The notes under the pieces were generated by a model, which did no database searches, had not been told where the DNA came from, and was given only the letters and a program-made list of their open reading frames with translations. 64,000 nt of DNA. Source: Eledone cirrhosa. Lineage: Eukaryota. Made by a program: the position numbers and the translations under genes. This document shows, in pieces, positions 52,171-64,000 of this stretch. Location of the stretch: assembly GCA_964016885.1 (NCBI GenBank), contig OZ024740.1:381796001-381860000 (forward strand). The letters are read 5' to 3'. Numbering within the stretch: position 1 is the stretch's first letter; the number at the start of each line of letters is the position of its first letter.

Positions 52171-54989
52171 CAGAATATTGATTCAAGCAGATATTTCTTC
52201 ACCTCTATTTGGAAATCTTAGTCGTGTAATTGAACAACTGAAAGAGTGATATTTCGTTTTAGATAATTTTCAGTGGATTATCCTGGAAGATGCTGGACAT
52301 ATTCCCTAAATGGAAAAGAGATTAGTCCTGTAAATAATTGACGTAATTCTATTTTTCTATTTATGACTACATTTAATTCAAGATAGAATCTTTTTCCTTA
52401 AACGCATAAAACAAGAAAAAATATATAATTACAAACCGAACAATCGATCATGAGTAAAAGGCAATTCTTATAAACAAAAATGATGGTTTGAACTTCACAG
52501 TCACATTGCTAGTGACATTTGCATTGCTAGCGACATAGAAGATCTACCTGCTAGAACTATGTAATAAATGAAAGAGCCACCTTGCGAGTGGTGTTCATCA
52601 AAAGATGAAGTACGAGGGAGGTCACTCGTATCTTAATTTCTGAAGAAATATGAACATTTTATGTATGATCTTAAAGCAAAAATTGCAAGTTTCCATATTC
52701 GATGTAGGGGCCATAACAGCTCTCAATGTCCAGGACATTCGGTACGATGTTAAATACTGAAATATTGTAGAGTGTGTAGCAGAGTACAAGCAACTGATGT
52801 TTACAAAGACGTTATCAAATAATACGTGGTTAAATGAGGTTATGTGTGCACATGCAAGACTAGATGACCTCCGAGACATCTAATCTCTTTCAGAGCTGTA
52901 TCCTGTCGTTGGTACGGAAGGAAAAGCAATAAAACATATGGTTAAGTAAGGAAAGCTCAACTGCTAAATGCGTACAAGAAAAGAAAACTGTATATTTTCT
53001 TCCCGTAGAAATGTGAAAACCAGTAATTAGAAATGATTTGCTGTTCAGAAAGTACGACTGTACAAATCGCTGGAAATAATTGAAGAGTTAAGCTCGTCTT
53101 TAGTCTCAGAAACCAATTAACAAGAGCCCTCTTTCCTGGCAATAAACGGTAACTCAATCCTTCGCCATGTGATGCTGAGCTGGAGATTGACAGTGACGAA
53201 TGTATGCATACGGTTAAGGGAAAGTATGTACATAATTACGAGATCGCTACTTCAAGAAAAGGCTAGAATGACTACTCACGAGGGAACCTAATTTCACGTG
53301 TATTAACATACCAGCGATATCATAATTGTGATGGTACACTTGAAGCTAGGTTGCAATGAGCTTGTTATAGTTGAACATATGGTATAGAACAGAAAAGTTT
53401 TAAAAAAACATCGATGGTAGTATATTAGAGGAAACAGCATAAAAGTCTACGATCACCCGGAAAAAAACCTGCTCATATATTGTGAGATGCTATCTGCTGT
53501 TCTCAACAAAGAAGTGCTTTGTGTACTCTAGTATGAAAGCGAAGAATGGAGGGTAGGTAGTGTCGCAGAAGTGCACTGAGCGAACTTAGACGGCAGCTGG
53601 TTGTCTGTTTGTTCTTTGGATACCCGTGATTGTTTCTTTTGTTTTGATATACCTAACTTAATTAGGTACTGTTTTATTTATTCATTAATTTATTTTGTGT
53701 TAACATCTGTTTAAATATATTCTGTAGGCAATGTTTGACTCCCTCCTAATTACTATATATTTTTTTATTATAAACCATTCGCTGCAACAACGAATTTTTA
53801 TGTATGCTTAGAGACTGTTGGAAGCAGAGGAAATTAGTTACCAGCATCACCATGACGACCACTAACATCACCATCATCATCGTCATCATCATCATCAGCA
53901 GCAATGGGTGAAAGCTGAACCTGGTTTTTAAGTCAGAACATGAGAGGTGACATTGAGCGCCAGTGCATCACACTTTTATCCATTACATTACATAATGTCA
54001 CATTGCATGGAGATAAGAGACACTGGAGTCTAGGCCAAAGACAACGTCGCAAATTTGCGCAAGAGTGAAGTCAAGATATGAACCAGATATATATATAGAG
54101 ATCTAATTTCTCTTGAGAAGTACAAGGCCAGTTCACAATTTATCCCATTCAAGCAATGAATAGTAAGTGCATGAAGCTATAATTTCCAAGCTGTGGATGA
54201 CAAAACGAGTAGACTACGCTATTGACTTGCAGCTTTCTGCACTGTAGTTGTGTGAATTTATGTTTTGTGTTCTAATCCATCTAATTTCGACTTTATTTTT
54301 CATACCCCTGAAGGGATAAAATAAAGAACATGCTTATAATTGATTCTACTTTAGGCCCAATGCCACAAGTATTTGTGTTTTGAAACAGTGTATATTATAT
54401 CAATTAAATTGGGGAAACATGTTATCAACCTCACAGAATGAAAATCAAATTTCAAATGCGTTATATTTTGAACGCAGAAAGTAAATAAAGAAATTCTAAG
54501 CATTTCTCTCCGTGATCCAGTAGCTTTACCTGTATATGTAGATCCGAACCTCAGAAACACACGCCCTTATGTAAGAATAGACGGTCTTGTTCCAATATTA
54601 TAATGCAAATCCGTAGTACCTTCTCCATTAATAATACATGGACATATTTATTTAGTGTGTGTACATATATATATATATATGTATAAACATACATTTATGT
54701 ATCTAGTTAATGAAAAATGCTTTTGATAATATTTTCAAACGAACATTTTCGATTAAAATTGTTTATCCAATAGTTGCTAAAATATTTGCCCTGCAGTACA
54801 ACAACTTTACAGTTAGTATTAAGTTTTTTATTATATATTTATATAGTTATTTTTCCAAACCTATGTATTGAAAACGCGTTTACGTATTTAAAACAATCAT
54901 AAATAAACACAAGCATAAACACACACATGCCAACACATACACACAGACACACACAAATACACACACACAAAAACACAGACACACACACA

Positions 54990-55069
<80 letters not shown>

Positions 55070-55183
55070 CGCGCATAATGGCACGTCTCTCTGTCCATAT
55101 ATATTCATCGACATACATACATATATATATCGAAAGTGTGTGTGTGTATGTCTGTATATATACCCATGTGCGCGCATGTATGC

Positions 55184-55284
<101 letters not shown>

Positions 55285-56019
55285 CTGTGCGTATGTGTGT
55301 ATGTGTGTATGTGTGTGTATGTGCCTGTGTGCACAGAACATAACGCTGTACACATATAATAATTTTTATTCTCATCCACTTAACACTCTCTTTTTTCCTC
55401 CAGTCTTTCTCTTTCACTAAACAAATTCATTCTAAATAATATATAAGGACACTTCATCGTGTATACTCATCATTTTCCCGCTAGTTCTCTTTGTTTAATT
55501 TCTTAGTTTATTCTTTCCTAATGTGTACTTAAATATGGACTTCAGCTACTGAAATAATTACATATCTTCTAGTGTAAATGTTTTTGAAACTGTCTCCACC
55601 TTCACTCTCTCGACTTCTGTCTATTCTTCGCTCCCTCTTATCCTTGTCCTATGAACACTCCAATTCTCTTTCGCGTTCGTCCATCCGCCATGTTTATCAA
55701 GAAATCTCACTTGTTTTCATTAACATATATGTGTGTGTCTGTCTATCTAGATATTTATGTGCAGATATTCATAAATAATATGTTTATACATACATACATA
55801 TATACATCGAAACACATATAGACAGACACACACACACACAAACATATATATGCATATGTATATATATGTATATATGTATATATATATATTTATATATATA
55901 CGTATACATATATGTGAGTGTGTGTGTATATATACATATATGTATGATTATATGCATATATATCTATATAAAAATACATGCATGTATATATATACAAATG
56001 TATATGCATAACACCGCCC

Positions 56020-56073
<54 letters not shown>

Positions 56074-56125
56074 CAAAGGAATTGTGGTAAGGAAGAAGAT
56101 GGACCATAATGGGGTCATACTTTTA

Positions 56126-56166
<41 letters not shown>

Positions 56167-56206
56167 CGTTTCTGAATTTGTTGGCAACATGACCCTCCCA
56201 AAGTAT

Positions 56207-56298
<92 letters not shown>

Positions 56299-56894
56299 TT
56301 ACATGTGTGTTTGCGTGTGCATGTGTGTGTGTGTACACCCACACATTTATATATTCTTGACATTCTTAAATGTATGTGCGTTTGCACATACATTTATTGA
56401 GTATCTTTTTTCTTCGCATAGTGAGATGCGCTGGCGAACACATGCCTAAGACACACACTCATAGATATCCTCATAAATGAATGGCACCCTCTTTAAAATA
56501 TAGTAATTATTAGAAGCAAGCATATAATTGCTATTGATTGAGCAGAAAAAATGAAATCAATTATGGTGAATTGATAGAAAACGTAAATTATTTAATCGTT
56601 GTGTTTATAAGAAAATATGAACATCCTTCGTGTAAACAGCTTCAACAATCATCAAGTTGCTCCGTTTATATAGCGGAGAAGCTGTGGATTATCCTACTGA
56701 TGCTACATGTGTTCGTGTTTTAATGCTTTGAGCTCGAAAAGCGTAGCAATTTTATTTGTATTTATACTGCACTGAATAAACTTGTTAGATTTAATCATTA
56801 GCATTCGATCACATGAGGGTAATTTATCAAGGCAGACATACAATAGTTTCTATATCTATAAGTAATATAATACAAACACACATACACCTACACA

Positions 56895-57150
56895 TACATA
56901 AACGCCTTCCACGTCATGAATGCCGTGGTAAATGTGAGGGTCATTTCTTCCGTTGGGAAACTGAATAGATTAAGAAATACTTGGATCAATGTAACAATTT
57001 TCTTTTTCAGCCTGTGGAATTCGAGACGTTTAGTGGTGTTGGGCCGCTGACAGTGAAGTCCTAGTAAGCGCTGGGGCACACCTTACTGAGGCGTCAGATG
57101 ATACCCGAGAGGGTGCTTGGTAATTTTGCGAGCGTATTGGCTTGCCTGAA
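56895..57150 (+). mobile_element. Old CRE-like non-LTR 3' fragment (restriction-like endonuclease)
   Basis: With frameshifts, reads KKYLDQCNNFF(F)QPVEFETFSGVGP...ALG..LTEASDDTREGAW, resembling KY..L...F.P...ET.G..G...GD.RE. Confidence 0.5.
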
Positions 57151-59449
57151 AATCCTATTTAAACTTTCAAATCCTCGAATCAGTGAGTGAAATTCTACGT
57201 AGTCACTCGGCAACAGCATCCGCAAATCTCATACCATCTTCGCAATAAGGACATTTTAGATTTAATCTCGAATTAGATAAAATGCTCCTAATAAAATAGT
57301 GGGAAACTGGATCACTGCTGGCGCACAATTAAATCGTTTGCAGGGCATCAACAATAAAATATAAAAGAAATTAATTAATTGCAGAACACAGCAAATACAT
57401 AGTGTTTTCTATTTCAGAATATTTACATTCCAATTCCACACATTGCCTTCATGAAGGCACGCACTTGCATACAAAAGACAATAAAAGGGAACCAAAGAAG
57501 AAACCCCGCCAAAATACAAACCCAAAATCTCATTCAGGCATTCTATTATTTTGTAGTACGCTATGGAATACATGCAATTTTAAGTTCCCCTTTTCGTTGA
57601 GAAGGAAACGTTATATACACATTAAAAAGAAATGAATTAAAATAGATTAGTCAATTCTTCACATTCAGCAGGGCTATTTTGGTGTGAGGTGCATAACCTA
57701 GCAAATAAATATTTATGATTGTAACTGGTAATATTGCCAAACTGCATAGGAAATATTCTCGATGGTGTATAAACAAATAAACGCTGCCCACCGCTAAGAA
57801 AGTAAATATCAAATATATTAAATATAATCTAACATATTGAGTTTTAGAAGTAAAATATTCTGTCACAATCTTGAATTGTTTATATGATTTTCAAAGATCA
57901 TTTGACAATAATTGCACTGGATACAAACAAGACTACCCTTTTGGATTGATTGAATTCTATAATTAAAGAAATACCTTTATTGTTACATTATAAATTCAAT
58001 GACGTAAACATTGCAGTTTCATTGATGGTATTTAATTGTAAGGTGTACAGATTGTAGAATCTGTAATATGCACTTTTTCGTATAGCATAAATTCAGTATA
58101 TCGTGGGTGTGTATGTGTGTGCGCGTAAACTCACAAACAAACACATATATGTACACGCACTCTGAAACTATTAAAGATCAAAAGATAATATTAATGGTTT
58201 ATGCAGACATTCAACTTTCTCTTTATATAATATATTGTTTGAGAGCCGCAGTGGCGACAAAAGTCAAAATGATTCCAATATAACAGACCTAATAACTGCA
58301 TTTAAAGTCAAAGAAACACACTTTGACAATTCATCAATTTATGACAATTTCTATCACGTTCCATGAACAAACATCTATTTGTGAATAAAACAAAATTGAT
58401 TATATCAAGTAGTATATTCTGCAATTTATGCATTGCATTTCATTTAGGCCTTCTCAATATTCAGAGCAGGAAATTAGCGTTTATAGATCTTTATCATATT
58501 TCGGTAATAAAGCCAGTTAGAAAAGTAAGTTGTTTTTCTATGACTCTTAATGACTTTTTTCTCTCTAATGTTATAACTTTTTATGATTTTTGATTATTCT
58601 ATATTCGTATTTCTACTGCAATATTCCATTTCTAGAATTCTCTCTTCCCGATCACTACCTCCCATACATACACACATGCATACATATATATCTATGTCCC
58701 TGTGTGCCTGTATATGTGCGTGTGTCTGTTTGTGATTATAAGTAGACATATAACGAAATATGGTAAAAGAGTAGAGACTATTGTAGTAGCAAAGATTAAA
58801 TATATATATATATATATATTTCCCAAGAATATAATATGTCTTTCTGATGCATTACATATCAGTGAACGGAATCATTTATTTACTCCTTGCCTATTACATT
58901 GTCATCATCATAGTGGGATTTGGACGCCTTTTTGGTAATAGAAAATTTCCCTTCCATAAACATCAATATAACGGTTCTCTCTTTTTCTCGCTTAATCTTT
59001 TTTATATTAATTTTTATAAGTATATTCAGGAGTCATTGCTACTTTGAAAGTAGTATGTATTATTTCCAGTCACTTTTTACATACCTATACGTATATTCTT
59101 CAAATAAGGGAAAGAAAATTTGCTTGGTTTCTATTATAATTTTTCGTTTCATATTTATTTTATCTGAAATTGTAATTGATAAATGAAAATCGATATACTT
59201 CCCCCATTTGATGAATAACACGAATAAGCTTTCAAAACCAGTATTTACTTTTGAAGTTTAACGTATTTATTCATACATAGTAGAGATTAAGTATCATTTG
59301 CAGCGTGGAAATTAATTGAAATGTAGTGAATTTTCTCAGAAGACATTACAAAATAGCATTTACACTGATCAGAGTTGAACAATTACCGGATGAATTTTTG
59401 CGCAATTATGGATGAGAAATGTTATATTTGTCTCCGGTATATTTTACAG

Positions 59450-59642
59450 TGAATTTGCAACAATCATTGAAGCAACACATAATCTGTGTCACGAGCCATG
59501 ATGCTGATGTGTTTAAAATAAGCAGGAAAGTATCAGTTTCAATTTTCGAAGCTAGCCTGGAAAGCTGCTTCAGGAATGATTCTATGTTTCGTCTTCGCAG
59601 TCCACATGACTTCGCGGCGCTCAAACCGGGACCATTCCAGTG
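59450..59642 (+). CDS. Candidate internal coding exon of an unidentified host gene
   Basis: Acceptor ttttacag|, donor tg|gtatgt, 193 nt, the other two plus frames stop early; peptide (V)NLQQSLKQHIICVTSHDADVFKISRKVSVSIFEASLESCFRNDSMFRLRSPHDFAALKPGPFQ(W); non-repetitive and GC above the flanks. Confidence 0.5.
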
Positions 59643-59882
59643 GTATGTTCATTTTTGGGGAAAACCAAAAGCCCATTCCTTGTGGATGTTTAGATGATAT
59701 ACACATCATCTGATGAGATATTAATCTATGTTGGAAAAACAATGCAACGCTGTTATGTTTTCAATTAACGGGCAAATGCGTACAGTTGACATATTTATAG
59801 GTTTGAATACAGAAAAAATGTAAATATATATACATATTCACGCAAACCAAGCTACTTCTATTCTGCATATACATACATAAAT

Positions 59883-59986
<104 letters not shown>

Positions 59987-59999
59987 TCATAAATATATG

Positions 60000-60036
<37 letters not shown>

Positions 60037-60166
60037 GTGAGGTTTTTTTTACAAAATGAAAAATAACCGAGGTGTCCTACACGAGTGAAAGTATAAAGAA
60101 AAAAAAAGATGAAATCGGAAATGCAACTGGAGTATTATTTTAAAATATATATATATTTATTTAGTT

Positions 60167-60203
60167 CCTTTACCAGTTTCGCAGTTCTTCTGCTTGTCAA
60201 AAG
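60167..60203 (-). ncRNA. Minimal hammerhead, U3-A8 variant
   Basis: Minus strand: ctt ttgacaa gcag aagaa ctgc gaaa ctgg ta aag. Confidence 0.6.
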
Positions 60204-60299
60204 TAGAGTTGAGATGGAAGGTCTGTGGTTTCTCTCACATCTGGTTGGTCTTTAAATGTTATTTCTTTTATATGGAAGAAAGTGGCTCAAAACGCCAGG

Positions 60300-60690
60300 T
60301 TTTTAGAGAAGTAATTTGATTGGTTGGTCAATATGTATAATAAATTTCGCGCCAGTTCGCGTTACAAAGTTCTTCAAAGAAGGGGGCTGGGCTCAGGTTG
60401 TTTTTTCATATATGAGTGTTTGAATTACTCTTTACTTTAAAAAAAGGGGGCTCACGAAGTCTTTTTCTAAAGAAAATTGTAATTTGATTGGTTATAAATG
60501 AAATTATGGTCGTCACGTGAACAAGTTCATTAAAGTTTCGCGCCCGTATTTGGGAATTTATTTTGTAGCCTTTTACAGAATATTATGACAATAAAAAAAG
60601 AGGCTCCCGAAGGCTTTTTAAAACAAATGCAATTTGATTGGTTATAAATGAAATTATGACTGTCACGTGAACATGTTCCGCGCACGTATT
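60300..60690 (-). promoter_or_regulatory. Putative pLTR promoter: three CCAAT boxes, two E2F-like TTTCGCGC, two GTCACGTG E-boxes
   Basis: aatttgattggtt near 60313, 60481, 60631; tttcgcgc near 60345, 60536; gtcacgtga near 60512, 60662; upstream of the HHR in element orientation; same motifs at 16777-17015. Confidence 0.45.
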
Positions 60691-60858
60691 TAGGAATATC
60701 TTTTGTCGCCATTTAGAGAATTTTATGACAAGCAAAAGATAATGATCAAGAGAAATGGGATGGCAGAATTGTTCTGGTTAAGTGTTCGCTGGGGTGTCAG
60801 AGTTCAGATTTTCTATTGAAATAAAGAAAGTAGACATATGTATGTTTATTTGTGTGTT

Positions 60859-60975
<117 letters not shown>

Positions 60976-61401
60976 GAAGATGATTCTATTGGTAGAAATG
61001 GGGGAGGGAGTTGTGTGTGTGTGTATATGGGTGTTACGTGTGTTGTGTGGGGGTATGTTAAAATGGAGTGAATATATATATTTTGTGTGTGGGAGTGTGT
61101 TATCTGTATGTGTATGGGTGTTATGTGTGTGTGGGAGTATGGTTAGCATGTTAAGATGAGAATATATATTTTGTGTGTGTGTGTGTGTGTGTGTGTAGGA
61201 AAATGATTCCGTTAGTAGGAATATTTTTGAATGAACATATTTTCCTTACTTATTCGTATTTGTTCTATTGTATTGTCAGCGCAAACGTATGTTAAGTTTT
61301 ATTTATATTCGGGTTTTTATTTTCTAAAGTAGAAGGTGCTATCTGTGTGTGTATGTGTCTGTTTGGATGGTTAGCATGTTATGGTGTTGACATAATGTAT
61401 A

Positions 61402-62305
61402 TTAAACTATATTTAATGCTGGTCTATATTTTTGAATAAACATATTTTCCTTATTTATTCGTATTTGTTCTGTTGCATTGTCAGCGCAAAGGTAAAATTG
61501 GAAGACTTGGAATTTGGGTGTCTTATTACTTGCGCAAATGTCTAGATGTGCGCTTAGTGGTATCTGTCTCGTGGTTGGATCTCGTAATTGTTGGCTATGA
61601 TCTGCCATTCTATTCTGAGTGTGAGTTTAGTTTGTCCTATATAATTTTCATTGCATCCTTTACATTTAATGGCATAAAGCAGATTTTTTGATGAGCAAGT
61701 GAAGTGACTTTTTACAGAAAAATTTTGTCCTGATTTAAATGTATACGTGTTGCCTTCAATGAGGTGAGTGCAGGTTCCACAATTAGAGCGACCACATTTT
61801 TTGACAGTTTGTTGTGGGTTTGTGGTAGGCAATTTGGCATTGGTGAGTAATGTTTCCAGTGATTTCGGTTGTCTTTTGCTTTTGATTATTTTCTGTGTTT
61901 CAAGGGATTTTTTCATTATTGGGTCTTGTTTCAGTAGTGGGATGTTCTTGTGAATAGTGCTGTAAGCTTCCGCATTTCTTGGGTTGTGTGTTGAGATATA
62001 TGATAGAATATTGGACGTACCTTGAATTTGTTTCTGTTTTCGTAATTCATCAATGCCTATTGCTTTAGCCCTTTCTATTCCATTATTTATTAGTAATGGT
62101 GGGTACTGTCTTTCGAGTAGAATTTCCTTTAATTCTTGAAGTCTTTTATTTGGCGTTTCATAATTGGAGACAATTGTGTAAATTCTTCTTGCTAGGTTAA
62201 AAGGAATGTTCGTCTTCGTGTGCTTTGGATGGTTGGAGGTGAATAGCAGGTATTGTTTGGAATATGTTGGTTTGTAGTGTATGTGAGTTTCAATCTTTGT
62301 GTTTT
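61402..62305 (-). pseudogene. PLE RT thumb, Cys linker and GIY-YIG endonuclease, one frameshift near 61612
   Basis: IETHIHYKPT..KQYL.F.S.HP.H.K.NIP...ARRI; CGRSNCGTC; FTCSSKNLLYAIKCKGCNENYIGQT; R..KE..FI.KY.P.LN. Confidence 0.9.
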
Positions 62306-62309
62306 TCTC

Positions 62310-63165
62310 TGCGGTGCGGAAGCTTAAGATGTGTGAAGCAGAAACCAGCGGTTCATGGAATTCCACCAGAATCATAGTAGAGGACAAGCAACTCAAGTAT
62401 GTTGATAATTTCACATACTTAGGAAGCAAGGTGAACCGCAGTGATTCCCTTGATGACGAAGTCACCAACCGCATCTCAAATGCTTCCTCTGCGTTTCGTA
62501 ATCTCAATCAGCGTCTTTGTAATGAAAAAGGTGTAAAACTAAATACGAAAGTGCAGGTGTATAGGGAGGTTTTCTCAGCACTTTGCTTTATGGATCAGAA
62601 TGCTGAACACCATGCCGGTCACACATAAACCAGCTTGATGTGTTCCACAAGGGCTGTTTGAGATCTATCTGGGGTCATGTACGAGAAGATAAAATCTCCA
62701 ACGCCGACATCCTAACCAAATGCAAAACTGGGGGAATTGAAACTTACCTCATGCAATCTCAGCTTCATTTGTCTGGCCATGTCATCCTCATGAGTGACGA
62801 CAGAATTCCAAAAGTCCTCATGTTTAGTCAGCAGTAAGAGGAAGGTTGGTAGATGATGGCTACGATATAATGATGAGTTGAAATCAAATCTCATAGCTCT
62901 TGCAATGCCTTACCGTGATTGCGAACAAATTGCTGCTGACAGAAAGCTTTGAATCCAGTCGCATAAAGAAATTGCGTGTTGAAAGAACACGGACGATGCA
63001 ACGGGCCTTGATACCTGCAAGACCCTCCATAAACTCTTGATGATGCAACATATATGGCTTAATCTGTGGTTCACTGGCGGGATTGAAATGTCACATGAGA
63101 CACCGCCATCCAGAGAGCTGAATTTTGTTGGACACTCATACGTCGGATATCGACGGGAGAGTCCA

Positions 63166-63168
<3 letters not shown>
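62310..63168 (+). mobile_element. RTE LINE 3' fragment ending in (TA)n
   Basis: LKYVDNFTYLGS...LDDEVTNRISNASSAF.NL; QL..SGHV..M.D.RIPK; 3' end gatatcgacgggagagtccatga then (TA)n. Confidence 0.88.
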
Positions 63169-63228
<60 letters not shown>

Positions 63229-63234
<6 letters not shown>

Positions 63235-64000
63235 TAAAGTTAGTCCTTCATCAGTGATCTTCCAACCATCATTGGTATTTCATCGCTTTAAAGACCATAT
63301 ACCTCCGGTTGGTGCGAGCAACGGCTAAAAAAAGTCGTTGGGACACGTAAATAAAGGGGACACGAGAGTGTAAACAAACAAAGATGGTGGAGCAACGAAA
63401 AGTGAGGAAGAAGGAGTCAAGTCCCAAATTTCCATGAATATAAGTTCGGTGAAATCGTGAACGAGAGAGAATAAAGACAATCAAACCTGGTTGGAATGAG
63501 AGCAAGGAAGGAATTCCGTACAGGTCTAACGGTAGGAAGAAGGAATCTAGTCTGTAAATTTGGTAAACATAAGTTCTGTGAAATCGTAGATGGTTGGAAG
63601 ATCATTGATGAAGGACTAAATTTATTCATATGTAACCCATTAGCAACCACGCAGCACGTTTATTCTCATATTTACACATATTTTTTCCCTCGCTGTGACC
63701 CGTCTATTTCGTTCTTACTGCTCCTCTTTCTCTGTATCTTTATCCTCTCTAGCAGTCACTCTCTCTGTTAGCCTATTCCTCACCCGTCACTCACTCACTC
63801 TCTGCTACTACCTCTCCTCCTCCTTCTCCTCCTTCCCGTTTGACCTGTGCGTAATTCTTTTCTTTCGCACCCTTAGTCAGGCAGGTTTCCTTTTTTTTCT
63901 CTCTCTCATCTACGATTTCACAGAATTTATGTTTACCGAATTCACAGACTAGATTCCTTCTTCCTCCCGTTAGACCTGTACCGAATTCCTTCCTTGCTCA
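63229..64000. repeat. Interleaved inverted repeats running off the window end
   Basis: 63229-63270 is the reverse complement of 63589-63630; 63908-64000 is the reverse complement of ~63500-63592. Confidence 0.8.

Noticed and set aside
52560-53600. Higher-complexity tract resembling a decayed transposase
   Set aside because: No recognisable catalytic motif or TIR
61554-62507. 317-aa ORF as a single gene
   Set aside because: Chimeric: the first ~65 aa are antisense RTE sequence; the rest is a truncated, frameshifted PLE

Overview
Eukaryotic, AT-rich, microsatellite-dense genomic DNA with no complete host gene. The repeat complement looks like a coleoid cephalopod, probably Octopus; this is inference from the SINE types and microsatellite load. 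Almost all ORF-track entries are microsatellite translations. The window is mostly transposon-derived: about 17 tRNA-derived SINEs, two Tx1/L1-like LINE copies, R4/Dong-like and CRE-like remnants, three RTE fragments, a mariner, a Tigger-like MITE, and many Penelope-like element (PLE) pieces, two of which still encode GIY-YIG endonuclease. One candidate host exon lies at 59450-59642. The main signal is at the RNA level. I read 16 type I hammerhead ribozyme (HHR) motifs from about 7 sequence families, nearly all in short PLE-type insertions within or beside (TA)n tracts. Many of these insertions are asymmetric fold-backs. The short arm stops at a TA 3-8 nt before a CTC...TYGAG hairpin shared between unrelated families, and the inverted long arm keeps that hairpin plus a tail. 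One palindrome is centred on the predicted ribozyme cleavage site. Two non-canonical cores recur: a U3-A8 covariant and a U10.1/U11.1 mismatch. All alignments and folds were done by eye, so coordinates may be off by a few nt.
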